Source: Phoronis australis
Taxonomy: Eukaryota > Animalia > Phoronida
Reading direction: 5' to 3'
Assembly: GCA_002633005.1 (NCBI GenBank)
Contig: NMRA01000242.1
Coordinates: 62,001 to 126,000, forward strand
Length of the DNA: 64,000 nt
This document shows, piece after piece, positions 21,418-34,600 of this stretch; the first letter of the stretch is position 1, and each line of letters starts with the position of its first letter. The notes under the pieces were generated by a model. It worked only from the letters and a program-made list of their open reading frames with translations, had not been told where the DNA came from and did no database searches. Position numbers and translations under genes: made by a program.

Positions 21418-24400
21418 GTGAGTATTATGTCTTTGTCATGTAGTCTAATTTAAATTCGATATTCTGCTGTGATTTTAACGAGATTTAATGTTCCGTGCAA
21501 AACGCAGCATATTAATTTTGTGAGGTAAGCTAAAACATTTAACCAACACAACTGTGACGTGTAATCTTTTCTTTGGCTTGTCATTGATTTATTCATCTTG
21601 GCAAAACTACTGGTGGGAAACTGCATGACGGATTGGGACCAGTGGCTTTGTCACTGGACAGATATGGGTTGCTTAGCCCCTCGTTCTGAGCGGTAAACAA
21701 ATACGGCCTTCTGCCCATTCACCCTTTCCCTGGTTCCACGCCTCAGACGGTTTTCTGATTTCCTAGTGCATTCTGGCATTTGAAAGTTGTTATTGGTTCA
21801 ATTTATAGCGTTTATAAGGGATTATATAGATCTTCCTCCAGCGGTGTTCCTGGATAGACCAGATTATTTTGGCAGAATGCAAATGAACTGTTTGTGGCTT
21901 TGAATATTAACTCGTGTTTCCTGCGACTGCATCGAAGCTTGTTGAGTATTTGAATTGCGCTGAATGTTGTTCGCAGAAATTAAAGAATTTCTCATTTACT
22001 CTTACATTTTTTGTCAGACGAAGGAAAACTAACGAAAGACTAAAGTGAACTTCATAACAAACCATTATTGTGTCCTGAACTCAGTTAATGATATAAGTCA
22101 ATTTCGTAAGAATTACCTACTGGAACATGAATTTTGTTAAAGTCTTGAATGCTGTGCTCGAGTACGTTATGGATTATGGGTTTCTAGTCCAAGTCTACAT
22201 TTAATTGATGATGCCAAAGTTTGAGCTACAAACCGGAGAACACTCGAGATTTGGAGTTCACACTCGAACTTATAAATTTAGGTTACTGCTAGGGTCATCA
22301 CGAGCAAATTAGCATTAAATGGTCATCCAAGTAAACCACAATGTACTCGAGCACAGAATAATGGTGATCTAGAGTTTGCACAATAATAACACTGAAATAT
22401 CATTAATAATTAGATTCCAAGTTCAAAGATTAGACCCTCAGGGGTCTTCTTGATACTTGAAGTGTTCGCATTCTCTTCCGTCGTTGTCTTTACTTCTTCG
22501 TTATGTTTTTGTTTTGATTATTTTGCCCCGATGTTGAGTACACTCCCCTCCCGCGACGCAGCCGACCAAATGGGTCAGGTTTTATTTATACACGGCCGTT
22601 CTCATATATTCAGATATTGATGGCTACCGTTGGGAAACGCTGACAACAGCTTGTGGCTCTGTGACAGATCTTTTGAAAATGTAATAGCCTTTCATTTAGC
22701 ATATTTCAGGTCTGCATTCATATTTCTAAATTAGTTTTGCAATGCAACCATGGATATTCATACTCGTTGCTGTTATATCAGGTATTTCCAATTAGTCTTC
22801 GTACATATTTAGCGTCACAATTCTCTTAAATAATGCAATCCATCAAAACAACCGTCTAATCTAACAAGAGCAAAGTACAAAGCTAATTCCAAGAATCAGT
22901 GAAGAGGTTCGCTCTAGATCGTTCGCCATCTTTGTCGCGTCAAGCAATTCACCCTAAACTCGAGACGATATCCTTCATCAGCAGTGTCCAATATTTGCCC
23001 AGTTGACGACAGCCATTTAGGTTAATTGAATACGGTTAAAAGTTGAACAACTTTTTTCTAAAAGGGCTTAGTGATCGCCTGAAGCAATGGAAGGAAGGGT
23101 TGACTAATTTTAAATTAGAGTACTTTAAGTCTTGAGTGACTAAAGCTTGTGACGAGTGGATTTGAAATATATAGCAGGAACTCAATACCGCCCCACTTTT
23201 TATCTTGTTTATCAACAATAGGACCCAGGGTCGAGATCTTGCGACTTATTCTGAAGGAAACAGATGTCTTTGGGTGTTCAGTGAACTGCGTATTAGAGAT
23301 CTGATATCGTTGGTCTACGATTTACACAAGATAACAAAATACTTAGTTTATTAACATACATTAGTATTCATTCATTTTCATAATTATACTCCGTTTGCTT
23401 GCACAAAAATTTGGAGATTAAGTTGATTTTATTAAAACTTTATTATCATTTCGTTAAACGACAAAAAGTGCAAGTGGTAATTTCTCAGGACTTCAGAAAT
23501 ATTTTCTCAAAGTTTTCAGGGAGATAATTTAGTAAGTGAGCTCGTTCAGAACATCGTATTTTGTACAGTGGGAGGTTATGCTGTTAGTTGTATCTTTTGG
23601 TGTTTTGTCTCTCCTTGTCTGAAGACAAATGAAAGATCACTCCCCTGAACCACGTGATGTCAATTAACGGCAACTACAATTAGTTCTCTATAAGCCAGAC
23701 TGACCTGACTCTGTTCTCTTTTTCTCTGGTTCTTTCCCAGGCGAAAAGCAGTCGACCTAAAGGCTATTGTCAAACACATTTGGACAAATCTTTTAAACTG
23801 TATGTAACATATGTGATATGCATGGCCAGTAAGTCGTGCCAAACGGTTGTCTGAGTTGGATTCAAAGTAAGTGCAATGATTAAACAAATTTTTTTTACCC
23901 AGTTTCTAAAAGGTTTGTTGTGATTTAGCCAAAAAACTGCCTGAGTTTCTTAACCTTTTGTCGGATTGAACAAATAGCAATGTTGCGGGTTGTGGTTTGA
24001 AATGTGATATATTGTTCGTGATTTATCTCTCGTCTCGGAGCAAACATGTACATCGAGGCATCCCAACAACCGTGTGCACGCGCGTAGGTTTCGAAATCAA
24101 ATACCTTTTACGTTAAGGGGTCCCTTTCCGGAGGGGCTATTACCATATGCCCCTTATACATCCGGCACTGCCAACTATTCAAGTGAGGAAGTAAATTAAA
24201 TTTCAAATTGAACAGCAAGACACAAAATATTTTCAAGCATAGCACCGCGGCATCGAAACATGCGACCCAAACATGTAAAAACGTTGTAATTGATAACAAC
24301 TTACCGGAATCGAAAGGATGGAAGGGAGTTCGACAAACTTGAAGACTGCTGTGAATAATATCTAAGTCTTTACTTACAGCTCTTTAATTATAACCACCTA

Positions 24401-27400
24401 CCACTTTAATAAACAATAATTCGCATTAAGCAATTTCTGACTTTTTTGAGATAGGGTCCCTAAAGCTCTCATTTCCCGTGCGCTGTCCCTGGTTACGTGT
24501 CAAGCTCTGAGAGCATGATTTCGGGAAAAGACTAAAATTCATTACTTTGAAATATGTACTGATGAAAAATATTTTGCAACTGAATAATAATAATTTGCCG
24601 GAACCTCGCAAGGAGCTCTGTGTGCGTATTTAGTATTTATATTGGGTTGCTATGTAACGCCTCATTATGTCAAGGTTTTCTTGGCAACACTATTTCATTA
24701 ACGCTAAAGAGCGATGTCCAATCACGCCTATGGTGTTCAAGGGGGTCAAAACTGCTGACGGGGGTAAAGTGGTGGCAATTTAGGATGACCAGAGAGCGAA
24801 AAGATGGGTCACCTGTGGGCGGTGTTTGACGAAATCGAATTTGTCGGTGCCCACCAACAATTTTTACCTTCCTGCAGGCCTGTTTACGTAAACACATACA
24901 TTTGGGTATCGGTGATGAACGCCTCACTGGATAGCTATACAAATATTTTGATTGGTGGCTGAACTAGCTTGTAAATACTGTCACCATGTTCAGGCCACTT
25001 ATCTGCTAGTAAATGGGTGCAAATTAAAAATGTCTGAATAGTTTAATTCATAAACGGTACATTTGTTTCAAGTGAGTGTTAAGATACTGTGGCACTTTTG
25101 TTTTGAAAGTGGCGTCCTCAAAGTTTTCCATTATTTTCTTAGTCAAAGTTCTTAAAGGAATATTTTTCGTTTTACGGCCGAAAATCGCATTTTTGTGATT
25201 ATTGTTAGATTGAACAGACTACTGGAAGTTAATACCTTTGGTCAGAGCTATAAAACAACAAAACCTGTTGTATTCGTGTGATTGTATTGCAATCTGCCAA
25301 TTCTTGCTTTTTTGCCTGACATTAGCTGAAATCGAGACTGGTAATTTTACTCTTAAATACTCTGCCATTTATCGAGCGGGGTTTAGTTTCGCCAACAGAG
25401 CCTTAGACTGCGACCGGTTGCAAGTTCGATTCTGCACTGGAGATGATCTCTGAAAATCACCATTCTCGTCGCCAATAATTTCCCTTTAATTTCGTTTATT
25501 TGTATTGTCATCTTCTCATTCTACAAAAAAAAAATATCAAAAGTTTTCAGATCACCCGTATCCCCGTGAAATTGTCAACTGTTTGCTAGTCAGTTTTTCA
25601 CTCTAGTATCATGGAACAGGTAAAATTGGTTTGATCGTATTTCACAATTCAGTGTTTTGAATCCACCCATGACGTAACTGCACGCGACTGTGTGAGGTGT
25701 TTCACTGATAGATAATAAGAGTGCGCAATTTACCCACGTAAATCAAGGACTCGTCTACAAACTATTAATAAGACATAAACGAGGTGACTGGGCAAATTTG
25801 ACGCGGCTGTTTATAGCTTTCTATCTCTCAGGAAGAAATAAAGACCAATAAAAGAAAAAGAAGGGATAAACTTGTGTCAATAAGACACATTCCAGAGACT
25901 TGACAGGAGTAATTGTTGACTACTGCACATGCTTGGCGTTACATGACGAATTCTAGGAACTTTAATATGCGTGGCAAGAATACTGTGGTTGGTTAATTTT
26001 AGGATATTTTGTATGTCTAAAATAAAATAGAACTAAAAACAAACAAGGCATGAAAAAACAAATACCAAGTAATTGTTCAATGATTTTTGATGTAAAGTGT
26101 AATTTATTTCCCATCTGCTCTATTTAATTGAAATGATCAATTCGTGAAAGAAATGGCCCCCGACTTTTCATCACTGAAGTTACATCAGTGAGAGAGAGAC
26201 AAAAAGACGACAGGTGTCAGTGTACCACGTATGACGACATTTTTCGCTTTTCTTTTCTTGAAACTTGTTACGTTTGGAAACCGATCGTCTTGCAATGTTT
26301 CAAACAGCGTAGATCTATTCTTTAGCTGTATGTCTTTTAATGAAATCAAAGGCGATGTTCCGTGTAAAAAAGGTATTTCGTATCAGTTTCCAATTAACCC
26401 GTCCGTTCTTTTATCTACCGAATCCTATTACTTTGGTGTAACGACGTTGTAATGAGCCGTCAATGTCTATTTTTGAACAAGGGGTTGTTTAATTGTCTAA
26501 ATGATTTTTAAAGGTTTCGTAGAAGGCTCGTGAGAATTATCTGTTGCTGTTAGAGATATCTTAAGGGTACCCTTTCCGCTTCTTTTTATTATAAAAGTTC
26601 AAAAAGGGTTTTGGCCACAAACCAATCTAATTGAAACATATAACTCTAATATGCTATTTCAACAGGTTGTCAAAAGCCCTCAAAATTACAATAATCAATT
26701 TTCAGATATTTTTTGAATTTTCGGTGGTGTATCAACAAAAAGGACTCCTCAACTGAAGGCACTGAAATTCATTTTTTTGTAAATTATTGTCGGTAAAAAC
26801 GCAAATATATAGAACTGTTTCCATTTAGTAAGGTCTCTCCATTGATGACTCATTCTCTGTTCTGGTCAAGATTCTACTTCTTCTTCTCCAGCGATCCCGG
26901 CCATAAAAGAAAGACTCACACTTCATTGACTCTCATTTTGTGTCCCACTATCGTTGTGAGTTGATTCCACTGCACTTGAGTTACTCGTGACAGTCAGAAA
27001 TTGACAACTGAACTTTACATCGGCTTTTGTTTTTCAGTTTATCCGTATAATTGTGTACCGTGTCCAGAACAGCGAATGTAAGGCTGCTGTTACATAAATC
27101 GGACATGTTTATGAGTTATAAAGCAATTATTTCCTTGGTGCTCGACTTCTGTTTAACTTGACTTGTATTAATGGCTGTAAATCTATCGGGAAATAGATAA
27201 AACACTGACATCTCGGTGCAGGACCAGTGATATATGCCGGACTTGAGACTTGACTGTTGAAAAGTAGGTTGCCATAAATCGTTTCGACATGGTTACAGCT
27301 ACGACAAGAGTATTAAAAGATTTCCAACTTCTTATTTAAAGGGCCATTTTGATTTTCTGAAAGTGATTGAAAAGCGTTAGCTCGTAGCTTTGTTCACGAA

Positions 27401-30400
27401 GTATGTACTGGATTTCCACATGGGTGCTAAGCGTTTGTGGTGAAGTCGCCGCGAAATAACCCTACTTTCTAGATTTGTTCACGGGCAGCCACACGTAGAG
27501 TACATTGTCGTTGAAACGACGAAAAAAGAACAAATAAACTTTTGTGTTCTTACTCCTCTACCTAGAACGGTTTTATGAAAAAATTCAGTTTAGTGCCAGT
27601 GTCCGTCGTGCAGTATTTGTTACAAGAAGGTTCTCGATCTTATGTTGTTACAAAATTAAATTTGTCAAGTTGTAATTGTTTTATAGCAACGGCCTTTTGT
27701 ATTTGTGCAGCGTAAGTCTGCGCTTCACTCAAAACATGTTCTTCTTGTTTATCCACGTGTAGGCTATTCGCGTGTATTGTAGCGAGCAATCCTGTAGTAT
27801 CCAGTGTCCACTAATTTCTTCACATTGTCCCGGAGTGGCAAAAGAAAATGCTGTGATAAAATGCGAGTGAGAACTCATGCAAGCGTCGGCGTCAAACGGC
27901 GTTGTGGCATGTACAGTGCGATTCAAGCCAAAATCATTAAGCTTTATTATCAAAGAAAACTGAGACGAAGGAATAATAAGAAATGATTTTCCCATTCCCG
28001 GTTCACATCATGCCGTTACGGACTGCAATACACACTAATACCTACAGCCTGGAGTCTAACCCAACACCTTTTGTCGAGACATGTGTCCTAACTTTTGCGC
28101 TTTCGGTCTTCCATGACGCTTTGAGTCATAATTCACGGCATCACGTGTCTGGTGGACGAACTGCTCTTGGAGGCGATTGATTTTGACAAATGTGTCAACT
28201 GGAAAATAGATCTGCGTTAAACTGTAATAAAATGCAATGAAGTGGCACTTATTGAAATATTTGGATAAAACAGCTAATCTTAGAAAGTCACGTTTCTCCT
28301 GAATACTAAATTAAAGGTCTTGGTCAAATTGGAAAGCCTAACGTTTTCTTCCAATAATCAAATGAAAATTCTACATGGATTATATAAAATCAGAATGAAG
28401 TTAATTTCAGCATTCAAAGTTCGACTTCTGAGAGTCACAAAGTCTTGTAAGACGAAACCACGTGACTAGCTGCGGCCAACAGTGAGTTAGATTTGACTCA
28501 AATTGGTACAGACATGATACATGGCGGAAGGTAAAGAATGGAAGTGTTTAACAGCAGGCCTATCGCAGCACTAAATTAGCTAAATTATTAGCACGCGAAG
28601 AGTGTCGCGGTGAAAAAATAACAATTTATCCGTTTAGGCAGTTTTCTCTCTTTAGTTATCAGTCAGCTACCTCTACTGTCGTATGGTTACGCAGTCCACC
28701 ATAGCGACGCCATCTTTCTTAGTCAGAAACAAAAGTAATCTTTAAATTTGATGAAAAAATGTAAATATTTTCAATTAAGTCGTCTCGTTGCTCAATCACC
28801 GCTTAAGTCCATTTCTATTATGCTGAATATCTATGGTGACTTCCTTGGCTTTCAAACTACTTTGATATATTCTTAAATATAATTTTAAAAAATACAACAT
28901 TTTAATAGTATTTTCTAATATAAAGTATAATTATTGATCCATATATTTATATATATACAATCATTTACTTACAGACAGACATACATGCATGCATACATAC
29001 ATACATTCATATATACTAGTATATACAAGTTACGTTATCAAATGTATTTCGAAAATGAGACGTGACAAACAATGCCTAAAAACAGTCCCGTTTTCTTGTT
29101 GGAGAAAAAATGTAATTTTAGCAGCTTCTATGGTCAAATTGGCCACATATCTGAAGGTCATATCATTTTAAGCCTCAAAAAATACTTTTTGCATCTCCAT
29201 CCAACAAGCGGAACCAAGCACCAATGCAAAACTTTACTAGCGGTATGAGAAATTGTCGGTAATTTCGGCTCTTGCGAACTTTATTTCCCTTCTAGTCGAA
29301 CTCTTGTGGTGTTACTCATGACGAAGACTTCAGGAATGTTCGAGGAGTGCGCAACCAATTATTGAATGTTATTCGTGGAAGCCAACTTTTTAATGTCAAG
29401 TTCATAAATACCAGAAATTATAGTAATGTACCTATAAATTGTTTTGAATTCAAGTAACAGGGCAATTAAAAGTTGAGCGAATACACCATCAATATTTGAT
29501 CATGATTAATGCCTTAGTCACATATACAGCGACGTTCAGCCGATTCCGCAGAGGCTTTCACGATGTCGAGCTTTTATCGGATCAGAAGTAGCGATTGAGG
29601 ATTCTTGACGTCAACGACCGGCCGGCGTTCCCAATAATGTCTCGATAACCATCAGACTGCTGTCCGGTTTTGACTATTTTTTTTACCCCAAAATCATGGG
29701 ATCGACTTCAGAAGCTTTATACGACCAAAGCATAATGAAGGTATACTGGTGCAGAGGATAAAGACTGTTACAGAGGGCAGCACGCTGAAAGAAAGTTGCA
29801 AAATTAAAACCGATTGTCAACAACTTTGTCAAAGCGAGCTGAAGCTTTCGCTATAAGCGAACGTTCAGAGCGCGTGCTAGCGCTCTAGAAATTTTTAGAT
29901 TTCGTTGGAAAACGCGGAAGTCTGTTTGGACGTTACTTTAAATTCGGTGACATTCTTTATCAGTTCGTTCGGCCCACACTCCCTTAAAGGCGTTCGTCGA
30001 TACATTCAGATCTTCGAAACAAAGTAATGCTCTGTAGACATTCGCTCATCCTTAAAAGTCTGATTCGAGTTCAACAATTCCTTACAAAATCTGTTTAATC
30101 GCAAAGCGTGACTAACGGTTCGGGTGAGTCTATGGACGACAATGGGAAGGCCGCTCGTCGCGAAACACTTAGTACAGTAACTTTGTGACACATTAAGGAC
30201 TGAGCTTTATTTGAGTAATGCTTTTATCTTTCTGGAGAGGTACAAATTGTACAATTGTGAAATCACCAAAACATGGTATTGTCTCCTTATAAATATTACA
30301 AAGCATCAACATTGTCCGCAAACTTTGCTTTTCGTCATATCTGGTTCTGCTGCTGCATCAGCGTCTAGTAACGTTTGAGTTTCACCAGGCTTCTCATAAT

Positions 30401-31577
30401 AGATGTGGCCACCCATTACGAGGTCAAGTAATTCACATTTTACTTCAACGGTTATTTCCACAAGGTGGTTTCTGTTTTCAGATTTAGCAATATCACTCAT
30501 AGTTATGACAGGAACTTCATTAATTCGGAACACGATACCTATATGCAAAGCGTTTTGGGATACATTCTTGTCGTATTACTTTTCTGATATTTTAGAGTGT
30601 CCTTAATAACATTCTGTCTATGATACCCATCGCGACATCGCGATGATCGTCCCGCTGTCTTCTCTCTATTGTCAATTTCGATGGCACAATTAACGCCGCT
30701 CTTGTCAGCAACATTTTCAAGTTCAGAGGCATTATCGGCAATTTAAGTATTTAAGGTGAGTTCCAAGACGCATTTGAAACCACGACCTCAGCAGTTAGCT
30801 CAACACTTTCCTACTAAAATTAAAAGCCACTAGGGCGACTGTTTTAAGAATATTTAACTGTTAAAGAGACATGGAACGCAAAAGCTCGTCTAAAATATCT
30901 TTTAAACAATTTCTGACGAAAGTACCATCTCGCAACATCTAGTACAGAGTAATTCACTTTCCCCTGTGAGGAAATTTTCAAAAGAAATCACAAAATTCAC
31001 AACTTTTGAAGTACGCGCAAGGACAAACTCTGTTTACCACAGAATTTCACATTTTCCATGTAAGGGAAATGTCCTAAGTCTGTGTCTTGCCATATCAAAT
31101 AAGGAGACCTCCTTTGTCCTGTGGGAGAAAAAATCGACGAAGTGGCGAATTTGAAACTAAGGGGAAATGCTTTAATATCAATTTAAAATTAAAAATTTTT
31201 ACATACAATCCCCAAAAATGCTTGGTGAGGGGGTTGAATTCTATTTCCATTGCAGAGAACCACTTTCAATATTGAAATTTAGTCTGTTTATCGCGTTCCA
31301 TTGGCTTCTTTAAGGTCACCGGCTTTGAGTTCAGTTAATTCAACCGAAAGGTGGAAGCCAACATTGGAAATCTGTGATTTCTAATTTAATCACAAAAATA
31401 CAACGGTCTTTACTGAAACAGCTCCGATCAAAGTTAACAACTTCGACAAGTGTGTCCTACACGATAATAATCCCAAAATACATTTTCGGCCTGAAGCCGA
31501 ATATGTCCCTTTAACCACTTTCATCGTCGTCATTAGCTGTTATCACCTTCGTCATCACCACCGTCGTCGTAGCCGTG

Positions 31578-31613
<36 letters not shown>

Positions 31614-34600
31614 GCTGTCATCGCCGTGATCACCATCATCGTCATCGTCACGATAATTATTGTCATAACAAAATCGTCACCGTCATTATCTTCACCATCA
31701 TCATTCCCATCGTAATTATCTTTAACTCATTCGTGGTCGACATGGAAATCACCAAATCACCCGACTCATTGTTGTCACGATTTCCAAAATCGTCCTTGAC
31801 CATCTGGAAGTTGGTATTCAACCTAAGATTTATCCGAGTTTCAAGATCACTGTTTTCGTCATCAGCAACCTAAACATGTGTGACAATTTTACTGTTCAAC
31901 TCGCCGCATCATACTGACGTAGGTAAACTAAACAAAAACAGACGGGAGACACGTGGAAATTACAAGGCATTTTCCTGATGACAAACATACACATTTCCGT
32001 TACGGGCAGTTATAAACTGAGGGCGCACTTTTACAAGTATGACTTGTGAACAGATCAAGGACTAGAAGGTCTCTGCAATCTTTAAGGCTGTTGGTTATAG
32101 GGTGAACAGATCAAGGACTAGAAGGTCTCTGCAATCTTTAAGGCTGTTGGTTATGGGGTGGCCCTGGCTACGCGTCAGGTTTTTCAGTTTGAGTTTAAAA
32201 CACGTCGGAATTTTCTTTTGGTTATCACAATTACTGACTTCTTAACATTAATCAGCCTTGACACGCAGGTGATGACGAGTTTTTAATTGGCAATGATTTG
32301 ATGAACAGACGGCTGGTAATATTACCTGCCCACATCAAAGATCGACAGAATTGTAAACGGAGACCAGGCATTAATGTTTTGTGTGATGCGCTGCGTGCCA
32401 CGTATTTTGAAAAGATTTTGTATGAAAAATTCCGATCTAAACACCGTTTACTCGCCCCTGTTTAACCTAGACGTGGAATTGCTGAATTTGTGATGGGATC
32501 TGGATAATTGTCCACATTCAGAGCAAAATAATGTCGTTGTTTAATAACTAATAACTAATATGGAAAAATAATAGAAACAATAGTTGTAAGTACAGTGTAG
32601 TTTGCGACATGTAGTGAAGGGGTTGGGGAGGTACTGCCAGGAGCCTCTAGGGACTCCAACGATTAATGGCTGTCAGATTTCTCTCGCATCATTTCAAAGG
32701 GTAGACTATTCCGCTCAGCTTTAACAATTTTCCAACATCGTGCAATGTTAGTCAGTGTAAACGAATCCATTAAGATCTATGCTTTTCTATATATCCGAAG
32801 TCACTTCATGTGAAGACTGTGATTTTGTTCCTATGTAAACCATTGAAAGCGACCAATGTTTTAAATATTAGCACTATAAATGTTTAGCGCATGCAAGTAC
32901 CGCTATGCATCGCATTTTTGTTTAATTTGATTGTTGTTGAAAACACATGTATTTTACGTTCACCGTTATCGTATTGTTAATCCAAACCACATTTTACTGA
33001 ACGAACACGTGGTTTACGTTTCTCATGAGCAATAACTTACCAGATTTAAACCAGTGCTCCATCTGCATTGAATATTTCCTGCTAATGACACACGTGGTGC
33101 TATTTCATGGAGGAGTAACAAAACGTGTTTCAAATTTGCAGAGAAGGCACTGTAACAAGAATTTTCAAAGTCTCAAATACCTGTAGAGGTCTACCCTAAA
33201 TGAGTAACAAAGTTATTTAACAACGAGGGACTGAACAAGTTTGAGCTTTCGTAGAACTTGTGTTGATGTTGCCCAGGAAGCCATTTTTAAAATAAAATTG
33301 CAACCAGTGGCACAATACGTTTGTCGTAGTTAGATCGCACTTACGATGCCTCCAATGAAAGCGTTCTTTACGCCCTGACATATGCTGTACATTATCAAGT
33401 CATAACCATCATCCCAATTGGTCTTTTTTCTCGAAGTATACAGAGACTTCTGTTTTTGATGACAGTTCGTATCAAACGTGTCATTTGGCATGCATTTACG
33501 TTTACATTTATGAACATTTTTCCAGGGCGTTGGTTCATAGTGACCAGAGGTTTATGAACGCGTCCTCCATTCGGTGTAAGTTCTTGCGAGCTGACGGTCT
33601 TACGTCGTACCAAGTGAGATTCTGCAAGGAAGAAAAAGACCTAATGCCGCGTGTGATACACGCCGCGCGTGAAAGCATACATGCTTGTCAAGATGTCTTT
33701 AGTGAACGACGTTGGAACTGCTCCACAATAAACTACGCACCCAACTTCCTGCCAGACCTCAAGTCAGGTTGGTTTCTTTTATATATAGGCTCAGCCGACT
33801 TGCCTCGGTCACGCCGTATGTAACGGATACAAACTTTGGTCCATACCTTCAATTTTTCCCAAATGACGACTAAACATACTATAGATGTTAATGCGATTAA
33901 AAACATCCGATTTTTCCTCTTATTGGCAGTAAAAACGAATTTTAACGGAAATCATTATGGTTCAAACGTGTTCTCAATTTGCTCGTTCAACATAACATCA
34001 AATGCTTCCAACACAACTTGGGTTTAATTCCGGCGGTGCACCAACAAAATGGCCGCAACAGTTGATTACAACGTACATACCTTTACATGACGATTGAGTA
34101 CATGATGAGGATTAAGGACATTGCTGCTGCTACTGTTGAAAACTTGATGGTAGATGGTAGCCTGAATTGCGTTTGAAAATATGAATAATAAAAACTTTTT
34201 AGGAACTAGAGAACAAGCCTATGTCTACGCCTTGTCTGGAGGTTCCATTGTTGCAACGATAGCGCGAGCCTGTGCGCAGGGCTTCGTGTCGGAGTGCACT
34301 TGCGCAGATCTGCCCACGAGCAAACCTACGGGAAAGTACAAATGGGAAGGCTGCAGCGATAACGTGGATTATGGTATGAAAATGAGCGCTTTGTTCACGG
34401 ACGGGAAAAAGGCCAGAAGAAGCAAATCGAAAAAGACTGCTATGAATAGACATAATTACAGAGCAGGAAGAAAGGTGAGAACGTCTTGGAGATACAAACT
34501 ACGACGTGTTTGATGAATTTAGCTGTAATCTTCAAAAAAATACAATTAAACTCCTGAGTGTCCTATAATTTTGCTGGGCCTGTAGTAATTAACGTGTTAA

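Noticed and set aside
23220-23330. Faint resemblance to a conserved SINE central domain
   Set aside because: Too degenerate to support without an alignment.
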